A stretch of DNA of 64,000 nt from Cirrosporium novae-zelandiae. Lineage: Eukaryota. The notes beneath the pieces were generated by a model that ran no database searches, had not been told where the DNA came from, and saw only the letters and a program-made list of their open reading frames with translations. The DNA is taken from positions 248,001 to 312,000 of the forward strand of contig JAPETS010000036.1 in assembly GCA_026023565.1 (NCBI GenBank), given 5' to 3'. Positions 12,446 to 24,772 of the stretch are shown here, piece after piece (position 1 is the stretch's first letter; each line of letters begins with the position of its first letter). The translations under genes were made by a program, and so were the position numbers.

Positions 12446-14074
12446 GATTACTAGATGATGATTGCTGATATTAGGCAGTAAGTGGATTGGAGTAGAGAAG
12501 AGGCGATGAGATTAGATGCTTGTTGCTGGAGAAGGTTGACGGTTGATACCGCTGTTCAACATGGCTGGAAGGGCTTTCCTTTAAGAGGTTCGACATTGCT
12601 CGTAAAGCTTAAGGTGTGACGTATAAGCTGGGCGAAGTGTAACAGTTTGTCGGGGATAGGAATCTAGAAAAATATATCCGTAGAGCATAGGATTCAGATG
12701 TAAGTGATTATCATTGGTGATGACGGGCAATGCTGGTGGCTGATGGATTGGGTTATCGCCGATAGGGAACCCTTGTACCTGGCTAGAAGCCACTACTTGA
12801 AACTAAATGCCACCACTGCATGTTTAGTTGAAAATCTTGGAGGTCGTTGGCACTATTTCGGACACCGAGGGGCATGGAGAGGATGATGAAGCTTTGGTTC
12901 CGACAGAAGTCAAAAATAATTCTCAGAAACATCTTTTTGCTATTTATTCTTAGTATTTTCGTTCCATGAGATTCTTTGAATCCTTTTATTATTCCAAGGT
13001 CTAATTCTGGTTCCTGACAGCCCCAGACTATTAAGTCAGCACATAGTTAGGAAATAATTGCGGAAAGTATGGAAAAGGGAAGGATGTGAGAATCTTCCGA
13101 ATCATAATTAGCTGACTTAGCTGATGAAGGTTTGGATGGAATCTTACTCAAGGTTTCAGGTACTCATTCATGCTCGTACATATATAATAATATGCTTCAT
13201 GTTGTGTCACGAAGAAACTGTTCTGCATAACCATCAGACGTCAATATCAACTCCATTTCTTTTTTGATTCAATTATATGTTAGACAGAATGAAGAATGAT
13301 GGAACCGAAAAAGGAATTATTGAAGCTCAAGTTAAGATTTCTTAGTCATCGAGTCACATGTACGCTGGATGGTGGACGCTAAAACCCCACATCAAATGGG
13401 AGACTTTATTGAGTAGAAGCTGCGCCCATTAATGCACGCATCTGTCTTTACATAGCACAAGTAGTCTATTCATTACTGTGCATGGTTTCGGACTCTCGCT
13501 GTTATTCCAACTCTAAATGTTTATTTTCATTTTCAATCCATTTTCAATCCATTTCAGTCCTATCTCGGCGACCGAGACCGGCCTAGTAGCCTATCAGCCT
13601 ATCAACCTATCAACCTCCCAGCGCCTCAAACCTCCCCCCCCCCCATCTACACTTTCTAATTCTATTCAAAATGGATTCTCATCATTGGGGCAACGCTTTC
13701 AATCATTCCTTTAGCTGGCCCACTACCACAGCCCTCCCTAGTCAGCTCATCAGACTTGCCGTCCTTTTGGTACTCAACAACTCCGTTGCGGGCAGGCTGG
13801 GTCGTATCCCCTGTAGCAATTCATGACGCCATATAGGTTTAAGATAAACCTACGCCGTATCTCTCGGATGGAGTCGATGACCGAATCATCCCCTTGGCGA
13901 AGTCAAGCCCCCCCTAGTCCAAGACAACACTATCAGCTTGAGCCAGCCCAATCTTATCTAGATCCATTGGGGTGAATATAAAGAGGAGCTCATATGTCTA
14001 TATCTAACTCCATTCTCCAAAGCTTTGCATCCTTCCGACTTCGAATCATCCGCATATTACGAGCATTCTTCAAA

Positions 14075-15073
14075 ATGGGTAGTAGCTATAACCACGAGTA
14101 TAAGCCTCTCAAAGGCAAGGTTGCCTTGATCACTGGATCTGCCCGAGGCATTGGAAAAGGTATTGCGACCGAGCTTGCCAAGCAGGGTGCAGACATCGTC
14201 ATCAACTACGCAAACAGCTCATCTGCTGCGGAGAAGACAGTTGCAGAACTTAAGGAATTCGGTGTTGATGCCATCGCTATTAAGGCCAATGTTACAAAGT
14301 TAGCCGAAGTTAAGCAGTTGTTCGAGGATGCCGTAAAGCACTACGGCAAGTTGGATGTTGTGAGTTCTCCCAGGAGACCCGGTTGAAAGGATCATTAAAG
14401 CAAAGTTCTAACAAAGTTGTCTTTGATAGGTCTGCTCGAACAGCGGTACCGAATTATTCAAGCCAGAAGAAGAGGTGACAGAAGAGGACTTTGACAGAGT
14501 CTTCGGCCTCAACACCAAAGCCCAATTTTTCGTTGGTCAACAAGCCTATAAGCACCTTCCCAAGAATGTACGCATCACACCATTACCACCACTCAATTGC
14601 AAACATCTAATCATTCACAGGGTGGCGGCCGCCTTGTCCTAACCTCCTCCATCGCCGCCAGTGCAACTGGAATCCCGAACCACGCTCTCTACGCCGGTAG
14701 CAAAGCCGCAATTGGCGGATTCGTTCGTAGCTTCGCCAAGGATTTTGGACACCATGGCATTACCTGCAACGCCATCGCCCCCGGTGGTGTAAAGACTGAC
14801 ATGTTTGCGGCGAACGCTTGGCACTATGCCCCAGGCGGCTACAAGGATATGCCACTTGAGAATATTGAGAAGGGCATTGTGAGTATCACTGCTTTTTTTT
14901 ATATAGTTATATGAGCTTTTGCTGACGATATCGTTTCTCTACAGGCTAGCGCTTGCCCACTCGGCCGGTGCGCGGTACCACAAGATATTGCGAGAGTGGT
15001 CGCTTTCTTGGCTGGACCAGACAGCGAATGGATTAACGCTCAAGTCATCCCCGTTGACGGTGGTGGTGTCTAA
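14075..15073 (+). CDS. Hydroxynaphthalene reductase (SDR), most similar to 1,3,6,8-tetrahydroxynaphthalene reductase
   Basis: Four exons. TGSARGIG cofactor motif, VCSNSG, NTKAQFFV, LTSSIAA, NHALYAGSKAA (YxxxK), NAIAPGGVKTDMF, WHYAPGG; stop TAA 15071-15073. Divergent from SCD1. Confidence 0.93.
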
Positions 15074-15397
15074 GAACGTTGAGACGAAATACATGATAAT
15101 ATTATAGATCGTGTCCCATAATTGTGTGTTTGGAAACCTTGAGCGCGAATGGCTGATGATGATTACACGTTGTGGGGATGTAGGGTAGCATATTTCCCTG
15201 GCGTTACTTTAAAGTTCCAATGAGCGATAAAAAATGGAAGTTGAATCTAAAGATAGTTAGCTAATAAACTAATATCTGGAAACGAAACATGAAAATATTG
15301 AAGAGGATATTAATTCTAAGAATCTTTTTATCGATGGAATGGAATTTCAATTATTTTTGATTTCTTGAACCATGGACCCAATCTCACAACTTGTTAA

Positions 15398-16448
15398 TCA
15401 GGCAGCTACCGTCACGCCCGACCCGTCAACCTTCCGGTAGCATTGGCGAAAAACCTTCATCATTCTCTCCATTCTCTCAACGAAATTCCCCGCCATGCCC
15501 ATCCCCGCAGCCCCAATGCCCACTCCGGCTCCAGCAGCCCCCACCCCAGCAATTGTACTCGCAACAGCCCCTCCCATTGCGGCACTCTGACAAACAGCAA
15601 AGAGGCTTCCTGCCGAGACCGCCCCAATGGACGACTGCCAACCTGCTGCTACGCTGCCCGCGACAGGGCCGATGGCACTGAAGCCCACGGCTCCAAGTAT
15701 TGGAAGTGTAATGGCCGCTCCCACGCCGACGAGGAGACCCCCTACCGATAAGGCTGCCTTTAACGGCTCTTGTCGGGCAAAATGCCCCATGGCTGCGAAG
15801 ACGTTTCCGGGCGTGGCTTTCCAACCTATGAGAGAGGAAATTAGTTAGGCTGCCAGGATGGGAACATCAAAGATTAAATTGGGAGAAAGAAGACAAACCA
15901 CAGTTCTTGGGCCACTCGTTCATGAATTCCACACTCCAACCTGAAAGGATGATCGATGCCATTACGAGCCCCTGGTTAGACACATCGTCCGGGAATGTCC
16001 CAGCTCTAAACCGGTGTTGTACTTCCTCGCCGCTCAAGTCTGCAAATGGTTTCCGCCCTGTGGCGATTTCATAGCACAGACTTCCTATCGCGAAATGCTC
16101 CTTCCGTTTCACCTGCTCTTCAGGTGAAAACTCAGAGATGCTGTCGGGAGGGATACGGTAATGTGGTGGATATACATGGTATCCAAGGTCGTTTATTTTG
16201 GGCTCAACCTTTTCGGGGGCTGGAGTTTTAACGATCCCATCTATGCAGAGGATGGAATCGAAAGCTCGGGGCTGGTGATCGCCTGTTGCTTTTGTTGCTG
16301 GAAGATGCTCGAAGAAGATACTGTTGATCCATTTCTGTCGGATGTCCTGTGAAATTCCTGGATAATCATCGAGACTTGTTGAGTCAAGACCATCAGGCGT
16401 TTGAACTCTGACACGGCATGTAAGCTCGTGGCTTTGTTTGATCGTCAT
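15398..16448 (-). CDS. Pseudokinase C-lobe fused to an IFI6/IFI27 (ISG12)-like Gly/Ala-rich membrane domain
   Basis: ATG 16448; phase-1 intron 15826-15898 (GTTTGT...CTAAC...CATAG) joins the two ORFs. Exon 1: EHFAIGSLCYEIATGRKPFADLSGEEVQHRFRAGTFP (kinase subdomains IX-X). Exon 2: LGAVGFSAIGPVAGSVAAGWQSSIGAVSAGSLFAVCQSAAMGG (Ifi-6-16 signature). Confidence 0.75.
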
Positions 16449-17110
16449 GTTTGGAAAGCTATTGATGAGGTGTGTGAGGAATAGTGGGATAGGTGAGAGA
16501 GGAAGTAAGATGAGAAGAGCCAGGAGAGTGTTAAATACCCTGCGTTGACTATCGATACTGTGCCGTAAGTGATTTGCCGCTTTGTCTAAATAGAGTGTCC
16601 AATCGTAGAGCATACACTCTGCAGACAGCCTAGCCTTTCTAACACATTAATACATATCAATCCAGAGCTTTGATCTATCATTCCGCCCAGTTGAGCATTT
16701 GAGATGGCTAGAAATCACCATGGTGTTTTAACGTAAGTCCTGGCTCAAAATAACATTCTTAATACTTGCGAAGATAGACGTTCAGATGGGCCAAACCAGC
16801 AATCGACGTCAGCAAGCATGAAGTGTCCGACGTCCCGGCCGGGATCCTAATAAGAGCTAGGCTGCCTGCTCAAAGACCACCATTTAACTAATCAAGCAAA
16901 GATAGACTTATCCATAGCTGGAGAATAATCTATCATCGATAAAATAAATGGGCGAACCTTCTTAAAAGGAGGTCTTAGAACCGAATTACAGTATTCATAA
17001 TCGACTTGTTAATGCTGCCGAGCCAGTGATAGCCCGGGGGCTTCATAGGCTTCGCTATCTGAGTATCCATACCATTAGAGATCTAGATAGAGAACAACCA
17101 CTCCAGGCCT

Positions 17111-17903
17111 TTAGGAACTAGTTCCAATTGTTTGATTTCCCGAAGCAAACACATCTCTAACCCACTTCACCTTATCCATCGCAAGTCCTAGACTGGTTGT
17201 GCTAATTCCAAATATCCCTCCCGCCGCCTCAATTCCTGAAATCGCCCTCTCAGCAGGGCTTCCCATGCTGGTGCTCTGAAGGAATGAAAACAAGGAGCTC
17301 GTGACGGACCCTCCCATAGAAGCTTGCCAAGTTGCCACTAGGGTGCCGGCAACTGGTCCGATGGAACTGAGCCCAAAAGCACCTAGGAGAGGACCAACGA
17401 GGCCTGAACTCAAACCTAGGAAAACCCCACTTCCTCCAATCGCAGCGAGGATGGGGTGGGCGTCCTTGTATTTATCTAGAGCCGTGATGGCGGTAGACAA
17501 GGTTTGGTTGATATTTGAACTACTATCGGACCCTTTCTTGTTGTTAGACGATATGCCATGCGCTGCGGGGCATTGAAGATGAACATTAGGTGTACCTTTC
17601 AATTTCTGCAACTCTGTCATTGCTTTGTTAAGATTTTTGCTGGCAAATCCGCCGGCATCTTGGAAAAACCCACGAAGGTTTGAAGTGGGCTGTGACTCTA
17701 TTATGGGGGTCAGACGCTTCTGTGCAAAGGTAGGGAAGCGTAGGTGCAATACTTTGTATCTTTTGCATGCTGTCTTTGAGCCCATCCATGAATTCCAAGG
17801 GGTTTGGATCATGTGGTGCGGACTGGAGGTTTTGGAGGATCTGATTGGTCCAGGCATTTTTCAGAGTAGTGGGAATATCTCCCTTTGATTCTGGAGACGT
17901 CAT
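17111..17903 (-). CDS. Second IFI27/ISG12-like protein with an unrelated helical N-terminus
   Basis: ATG 17903; 55-nt phase-1 intron 17698-17752 (GTATTG...CTGAC...AATAG) joins two ORFs. C-terminal LGAFGLSSIGPVAGTLVATWQASMGGSVTSSLFSFLQSTSMG. Confidence 0.72.
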
Positions 17904-18894
17904 GATTTTTGTATTGGTTTAAGGATGCATAGAAGACCACAGACGGGCTGAGTTATTATTGGGCTGATGAGAAGAAAATAGTAGAAGCGTTAAGAGTCCT
18001 GCTATGCGTTAAGGCTGCTGGGATGAGTTGACCTTCATGATATTGCAAGTTAAGATAGAAGAATGTAGAAAGATATGAAAGCGAAGGAAACTTGAATGTG
18101 TATGTGCTGCTGCTATATGATTCTATTATCTTTCTAAGGATGCATTATCCAGGGCAGAACAGCTCATCTCAAAGAGGGCTCCAGTATTCTAACACCCAGA
18201 TATGGGAAGAGCAGGTTATGCGGACATAAAACAATGAATTATCATCATCATGGGAAAAGCAGATGTTTGGATCTATCATGGGAATTTTAAGAGTAGTGGG
18301 GGTGATTTAAATATTTTAGTATAATGCTGATTTGATACCCTCTCGGGTCTCCGTACTGTCGACGTACTGTGTTGTGTACTATTGCGGGGATGGTGAGTAC
18401 GTGGTGGGATACTTGAGGGAATGTGGTTTCTAGCACCATGCCAGCGAGGATATGACGACGGTCCGGAATATTCCGAGCCAAGATAAGATAAGAGATGGCA
18501 TATTTTTCATAATCAGATTTAATTCTAGAATGGACTAAGTTAACCTTAATTCAAGATAATTATCCGATATCCATAATTTTATTCCATCCCTGATCTAAAC
18601 CACTCAGGCCCACCCTAACGAATGCCTAAAATCCTTCACATTGAAACCCTTCCATTTTGAACCAACAAATTCTCAGATTCATGCCTAGCACCACAGTAGG
18701 CATTCTGATACAATAATGATACGAGGATGATCCTTCAACATCTTCCCCTGCCGAGACGGCTGCTCGGACTCACCGTTTCAACATTATTTCTTGGCTTTCT
18801 TCTTTGGGATTGACATGTAGTGCTGCCTCCACCTGAGGCTCTTTATTTACTCGTCTTCTGTTCCTTTCTTCCTACATCAATGATCCCCTAAATT

Positions 18895-20934
18895 ATGTTG
18901 GATAACAATCAAATCACCCCCCCTTGGGCTAATGAGGCAGGCACTGTGGAGGAGCAAGGTCTTTTGTTGGAGCCTGATGGGTATGTTTCTGACGATGGAG
19001 CCATACAAATAACCCAACCAAACAACAAGCCATTACCGAAGAGCCCAAAAAGATGGAGGTCCCGCTTGACTTTATGCTTGTGGGCAATTGCCCTCACATC
19101 CATAGTCATCTTCGGGGTTACGTTGGGCGGCCGACGTTCGCATAGGAGGAAGCACTTTGATTTTGAATCGATCCACAATAACGGTCAATCAAGATTGCCT
19201 ACATCTAAAAATTATCGCCTTAACTTTCCTGAACAATATCCTCCTCTGGATCCAAACCACTCAAGTAAGGAGTGTCGGGATGCTTGGGCAACACTCGACT
19301 CGATTACTTGCCACGAACAGATCTGGGCTCGAAACTGGGATAATGGCGGAATTCAATTGCTTGGGCCGAGTCTCTCTAGATTTCTGCCCATGATCTGCAA
19401 ACATTACTGCACGAATGAGCTAAGACAAGCTCAAGAGCTGCTCCATCAGTTTTGTGGCCAGGATGACAAATTCCTCTTGGATAATTACAAGGGGAGATTT
19501 AATACAACAATGCTAGAACCAAATCCAGCTGCAGTTCTGGACACCTTAAACGCTCGTCAAATCCAATCTTGCCGAACTAGTCCGATCGATGACGCTGAAC
19601 GAGGTTACTGCATGACTGATCTTCAAGAGAGATGGTATTTTATTGATGGGTTGGAGACTGACGGGCTTGGTGGGATTGATGATTTCCTCGATCGCTCCAA
19701 TGAACATAAGGTTGAGCCGGCCACGCGCAAATCTGGAGTTGAAGGTGGAAAGGACTGGTCAAATAGATATAATTACTTTCGCGAAGAGCGAAGATTTGGT
19801 CCGGGGAAAGGGGAGACCACATGCAGCTGGTGCACTTTTAACTGGTTAGAACGGAAGCTCAATAGCTGGAAAGTGGACAATACATTAGGCGAGAATGGTG
19901 AACCACTTGAGCTCGCTTCATTTTTGAGTAGGATCCAGAAGGCTGGACAGCGATGCGCTGGAGACAACTTTACGCGGACATGGGAAAAGACAGTTGCCAA
20001 CTACTATGAACAAGGGCTCCTCAATGACGATATAGGCACAAAACTTCCGTCAGGAGATGTGGTGTACCTTATTGGCCATGGTCCTTCTCCCGGGGATTAC
20101 CCCTTGCCCGCGGTTAAAGAATCCATCGATTCCTTGGCTATCCAGAAAACGTCAGAGAACCAAGCTGAAATTGAGAGATATACCAATTGCCTTAATTCTT
20201 TCTACGAAGAAGCTCAACCCCTGACCTGTTATCCCTTCCTGACTTTCTCCGATATTACACGCGATATTCTTATCGACCAGGCACGCACAAAGACCTTCTG
20301 TTCCTCTCATTGCAGCAGCTCAATCAACGATATGCGGCGCAGCATGATCACCGCTGGATGTAACACCAATATGAATTGGGAATCCATGAGTAAGATGCCC
20401 GAAAAGTACAACCTTCCCTTTAACCTCGATACCGTGTTTTCCGAATTAGGCACCGTCGAAACGCACAGCTTAGTATGCCAAACTGAACGCTCTTCCGGAA
20501 CCGTATGTGCTTATATCTGGAACACACTAGGCCACCCAGAGTGGACTCTACACGAACCCTCTATTAGCCAACTCTTGGATGTCATCGAAGAAGCCCTCGA
20601 CAATCTCCCCCCTATCCCCCAAAATGTTACAGAAGCTATTGGCGTTGAATGGAGACAATTGACCCGGGACCAGCGGCTACTCGTACAAGAATGGGACAAT
20701 CAAATGCGAGCTGGTGTATTCAGTAGCTGCGTGTGGAGGAAATTTGCTAGAGAGCGGACGTTCATGTGGGGTGGTGATGGCGACTTGATTGCGCAAGTGA
20801 AGGGGGTTGAGGACCCCGATGTTCTTGTGAGGTGGATCCAGACGGTGCATCGGTATTGGGATGCCTGCAAGAAACGGGACGTGAAGCACTCCGAGGAGGA
20901 GATGAAGTTGGTAGACAAAGACATTATTTCGTAA
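18895..20934 (+). CDS. Hypothetical type II membrane protein with two Cys-rich extracellular modules
   Basis: Intronless 679-aa ORF; one hydrophobic segment LTLCLWAIALTSIVIFGVTLG after a basic patch; two similarly spaced Cys arrays; several NxS/T sequons. Confidence 0.8.
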   Translation: MLDNNQITPPWANEAGTVEEQGLLLEPDGYVSDDGAIQITQPNNKPLPKSPKRWRSRLTLCLWAIALTSIVIFGVTLGGRRSHRRKHFDFESIHNNGQSRLPTSKNYRLNFPEQYPPLDPNHSSKECRDAWATLDSITCHEQIWARNWDNGGIQLLGPSLSRFLPMICKHYCTNELRQAQELLHQFCGQDDKFLLDNYKGRFNTTMLEPNPAAVLDTLNARQIQSCRTSPIDDAERGYCMTDLQERWYFIDGLETDGLGGIDDFLDRSNEHKVEPATRKSGVEGGKDWSNRYNYFREERRFGPGKGETTCSWCTFNWLERKLNSWKVDNTLGENGEPLELASFLSRIQKAGQRCAGDNFTRTWEKTVANYYEQGLLNDDIGTKLPSGDVVYLIGHGPSPGDYPLPAVKESIDSLAIQKTSENQAEIERYTNCLNSFYEEAQPLTCYPFLTFSDITRDILIDQARTKTFCSSHCSSSINDMRRSMITAGCNTNMNWESMSKMPEKYNLPFNLDTVFSELGTVETHSLVCQTERSSGTVCAYIWNTLGHPEWTLHEPSISQLLDVIEEALDNLPPIPQNVTEAIGVEWRQLTRDQRLLVQEWDNQMRAGVFSSCVWRKFARERTFMWGGDGDLIAQVKGVEDPDVLVRWIQTVHRYWDACKKRDVKHSEEEMKLVDKDIIS

Positions 20935-21514
20935 GTGTTGAGACTCCCTTGTTTTATTTGCCCCATGATAGTTCCTTGCTACATTTGCAATCAGTGAAGC
21001 AAGGCTTTCGTTTAGAATGACCATCTATATCGCTACGACCATGTCGCTAATGAAACCAACCATTTACTTCATAGGAGAATCGGCAATAATAGATTCGACG
21101 AAGCAATGAAGATCTACCGCTCTACCATTTCCACATCAACCAAGTCAAAAGACGATGGAGAAAGAGAGGAGCTCGCCTAAATAAGTATTCTATATGATAC
21201 TATTCGTAGCTCTTATAAGCATAGACGCACCCATGGAGGATACCAGAATATATGTTATAACTGGATTGATTTGTTAAAATAAAATAAATACCGCCTTGTT
21301 TGTCTGCATGGAAAGTCATAACGGCATCTAAACTAGACCAAATGAAGAACTTGGACATAGATATAATCACAGCTAAACAATTTCGATTTCGTATCTAACA
21401 CCTAGGATCTACCTTGGATTTGGGTATTGGGGCGTGAGAAATGGGTTTTCTGGAGTCGTTAATTCCTGAGATGTTATGAACCGAGCCGAAGCAATGCATC
21501 TAGCTCTGGGCATC

Positions 21515-22932
21515 CTACTTCTCGAATTTCAATCCTTGTTTGAGGATCGGACTTTCCATGAAAGTTTCCCAATTGTGGACCATGACTGTGTTCTGATGGC
21601 AGAGCCGGACCTCCTCTCCACCTCTATCGATCATCTCCCTTTCATATTCCGCGATGGCTACTTTTCTAGCCTCAAGACCGTTGTTGAAAAAACGAACGAC
21701 TGCTTTGGTTAAATTGGCTGCATCTGCGATAGAATGATTAAGGCCTTGCCCTCGCTCTATGTCAAAGTTAGCATGGCTCTCCGATAAAAGATGAGAGTCT
21801 AACGATATGTCATAGGATGTGCTGAGTCTCCCGCGAGGGTAATCCTGCCGCCGTGGTTATCCCATTGATGGTCAGATGCAGTAGGGTCCCATTGGGTCAT
21901 CCCATGGTACCAGATTAGCTGATTATTAGGTATCCATTCATATCCGCTTTTCCATGGATCACAGAAGTCCTTTGCTAGGCCCTTCAGCTGCTTCAATCTC
22001 ATTTCGTTCGTCCAATCCTTGGTGTTTTCTTGTTCCTCGATGCTGTATGGGAACGAGATATAGGTATAGAAAACCCAATTCTCTGGGTCCTCTTGGTTGG
22101 GGATATCATGAACACCCCACCAAGAGACAAGGCCCTTAGGGTGCACGGCAGCTATGTGTAGTGGATGCCATTGACGTAGGAAAAGAGCACGTTCTGGTGA
22201 ATAGGTTGACTGAACAAAGGCAGCCCCGAATGGAAGCCGAGCCAAGGCAGCCTTTTCGAAACCAAGGAGCAATTGACGAGTTTCTGATCGGGAGCCATCA
22301 GCACCGGCCAGAAAGATACCCTTCGTCTCTGTGCCATCAGCGAAATGTGCCGTTACAATCTTCCCGTCTTCTGAATATGTGACATTCTCAAGCTTCTTTC
22401 CATAGCGCACATCAATGCCCTGACGTAACAGCGATTGCAATTTACTTCGCTTCAGTCGATACCATTTACCAACGTCGACGTGTGTGATTTTTACTCCGGA
22501 TTCTCCATTATAAAAGTCCAAAACTGCATCCTCGGGCAGTGGTAGGCTCGAATCAACTTGACAGTCGCGTAGCTGAGCAAAGAGTTCAGGCGGCAGTAAG
22601 GTCTGAAGGATAGGGACAGACCAATGGATTCCAAAATTCCAGTCCCTTCCTTGGAATCTATCAGTCTTTCCTCCGAAGGCTTCGGCGTTTTGTTCGAAGA
22701 CGACACATGGTATGCTAGCCTGGATGGGGTGTCAGTGTATATATCTTTATTGGGTGAAGAGATAGGGTAAGCACTTTCTTGAGACCGTTTGCTAAACAAA
22801 GTCCGGTACATCCTAGATAATTGAGCAAGTAATCGACGGGGTTACTAGAGAGCAAAAAATACCAGCGCCAATGATAAGCACCAAGTTGGAAGCAGGTGCT
22901 TCATTGCTATAAGATTTGAAGTTATCAGACAT
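21515..22932 (-). CDS. FAD-dependent monooxygenase (aromatic hydroxylase type)
   Basis: Four exons: VLIIGAG/CTGLCLANGLKK/...GADGSRSETR...ITLAGDSAHPMTY/QRGQGLNHSIADA; stop TAG 21515-21517. Confidence 0.9.
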
Positions 22933-23487
22933 ATTTGTCAATTTAAATTCCAAGGGAAAAGGCCAATTGACCTACTTGAGTATCTATATACGTAATGGAT
23001 TCAATTCCTATCCAGTGTCGACAAGAGATATGAATTTGGTTGAATTTGTTGGTTGGACGACCCCCGCAGCTAAGCTTTTACTTTCGTTCCTTGCCTGTTG
23101 TTGGTTGCCTCGGCCCGGGCCTTAAAATGGTAGGTGGATATAGTTGTGGGTTCCATTTCAATGCCCGTGACGCTGTACCATGTGTATACCCAGTTACTAA
23201 CAAGTGTATTTAGTCATCCCTCCGAATTTATCACTCCAATGTCCAATTAGAAGCAACAAGAAAAAATATAAAATGCTCGCTAAAGAAGCTAATTGCGTTC
23301 TACTGACGTTTTCTATGCACAAGATCGAGATATGAACTTTGCTATGTACTGCCGATATGTAACGGTGTTGACCCAGTCTGTTCCCCGACCCCATTTGTAT
23401 TCCACCATGCGCACCATGCGCTGTGTTACAAGGGAATCCGGATCCCTTGAGACGTACCAACTCAATCTTTACTACTGATCAGAAGAA

Positions 23488-24772
23488 ATGCCTACAGGTA
23501 CAGAAGCACCCACATCGCCCACTGCGCCCACTGCGCCCACTGCGCCTGCTGCATCCGCTCGTCCAATTGCGCCAGCTGCTGGAGATATTAGTGACAATGA
23601 TTCCTCCTACAGCAGCGAAAATTCCTTACTCGATGAAGATACTGTTTCTCTGACCTCGAGTATCTACAAGTATCGGTTTGAGAACGGACGACGTTATCAC
23701 GCCTATCATGATGGCGCCTACTACGCTCCCAATGATGAGAAACAGAACGATCAATTAGACCTGACACATCATCTCTGGTCTCTAACGCTGGATAATAAAC
23801 TTCTTTTGGCTCCCATCAAAAATCCTCAAGTAAAACATGCTGTCGGAAGAGGGATTAATGATCCACTTTACTGACGCTCGAGATAGAAAATCCTAGATGT
23901 TGGGACAGGAACCGGAATTTGGGCCATGTAAATCTTCCTCGATCTCTTGTGAATAAACTCCCCTCATGACACTAAAGGACTAACATTAACTAGTGATGTA
24001 GCTGATCAATTCCCGAGCGCCCAGGTCATTGGAACCGATTTATCACCAATCCAACCTCAGTGGATCCCGCCCAATTGTTCGTTCGAAATAGACGATTGCA
24101 ACGAAGACTGGACATACCAAGAAGACTCGTTCGATTTTATACATGTGCGGGACATGATGGGAACTGTCCCGGACTGGGACGAATTTTTCCGTAAGGCATA
24201 CTTTCACACAAAGCCGGGTGGCTACATCGAGTGCTTGGAGCATTCGGTAAAGGGGGTTTCTGATGAGAAGCCTTTGGGTAAAGATCATACCATATCAAAA
24301 TGGGGAGACATTGCGCTTGATATGGGAGAGAAGATGGGCAAAAGTTTCGCCATCCACTCTAAGCTGAAAGAGATGATATCAAAGGCTGGATTCACCGACG
24401 TCGTAGAGGTAAAAAAGAAATGGCCGTTCAATGCATGGCCGGAAGACTCCAAATTGAAAGAAATTGGACGCTGGAATCAACTTCGTATCAGCCAAGGCAT
24501 CGAAGGATACGCGCTCAGAATGCTCACACAGGTTGGAGGTGTAAGTATCTCTCGTATCCTATACAGTATGTCATCTAATACAAAGAAGTGGTCCTACGGC
24601 GAGGTTCAGGCTGTCTTAGGCCAAATGAGAACAGCTACTAGAGACGAGAAGTCCAAAGCATATCTTGATGTGTAAGATCCACTCCTACTACTCGATGTCT
24701 CGTTCATGCTAACCTGGGTACAGAACGATTGTATATGCTCGGAAGCCGGACCCAGAGCCCGCCAATGATTGA
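23488..24772 (+). CDS. SAM-dependent methyltransferase (LaeA-like/TAM family)
   Basis: SLTSSIYKYRFENGRRYH, YYAPNDE, ILDVGTGTGIWA, VIGTDLSPIQP, FDFIHVR, KPGGYIE, VYARKP; multiple introns; stop TGA 24770-24772. Confidence 0.92.
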
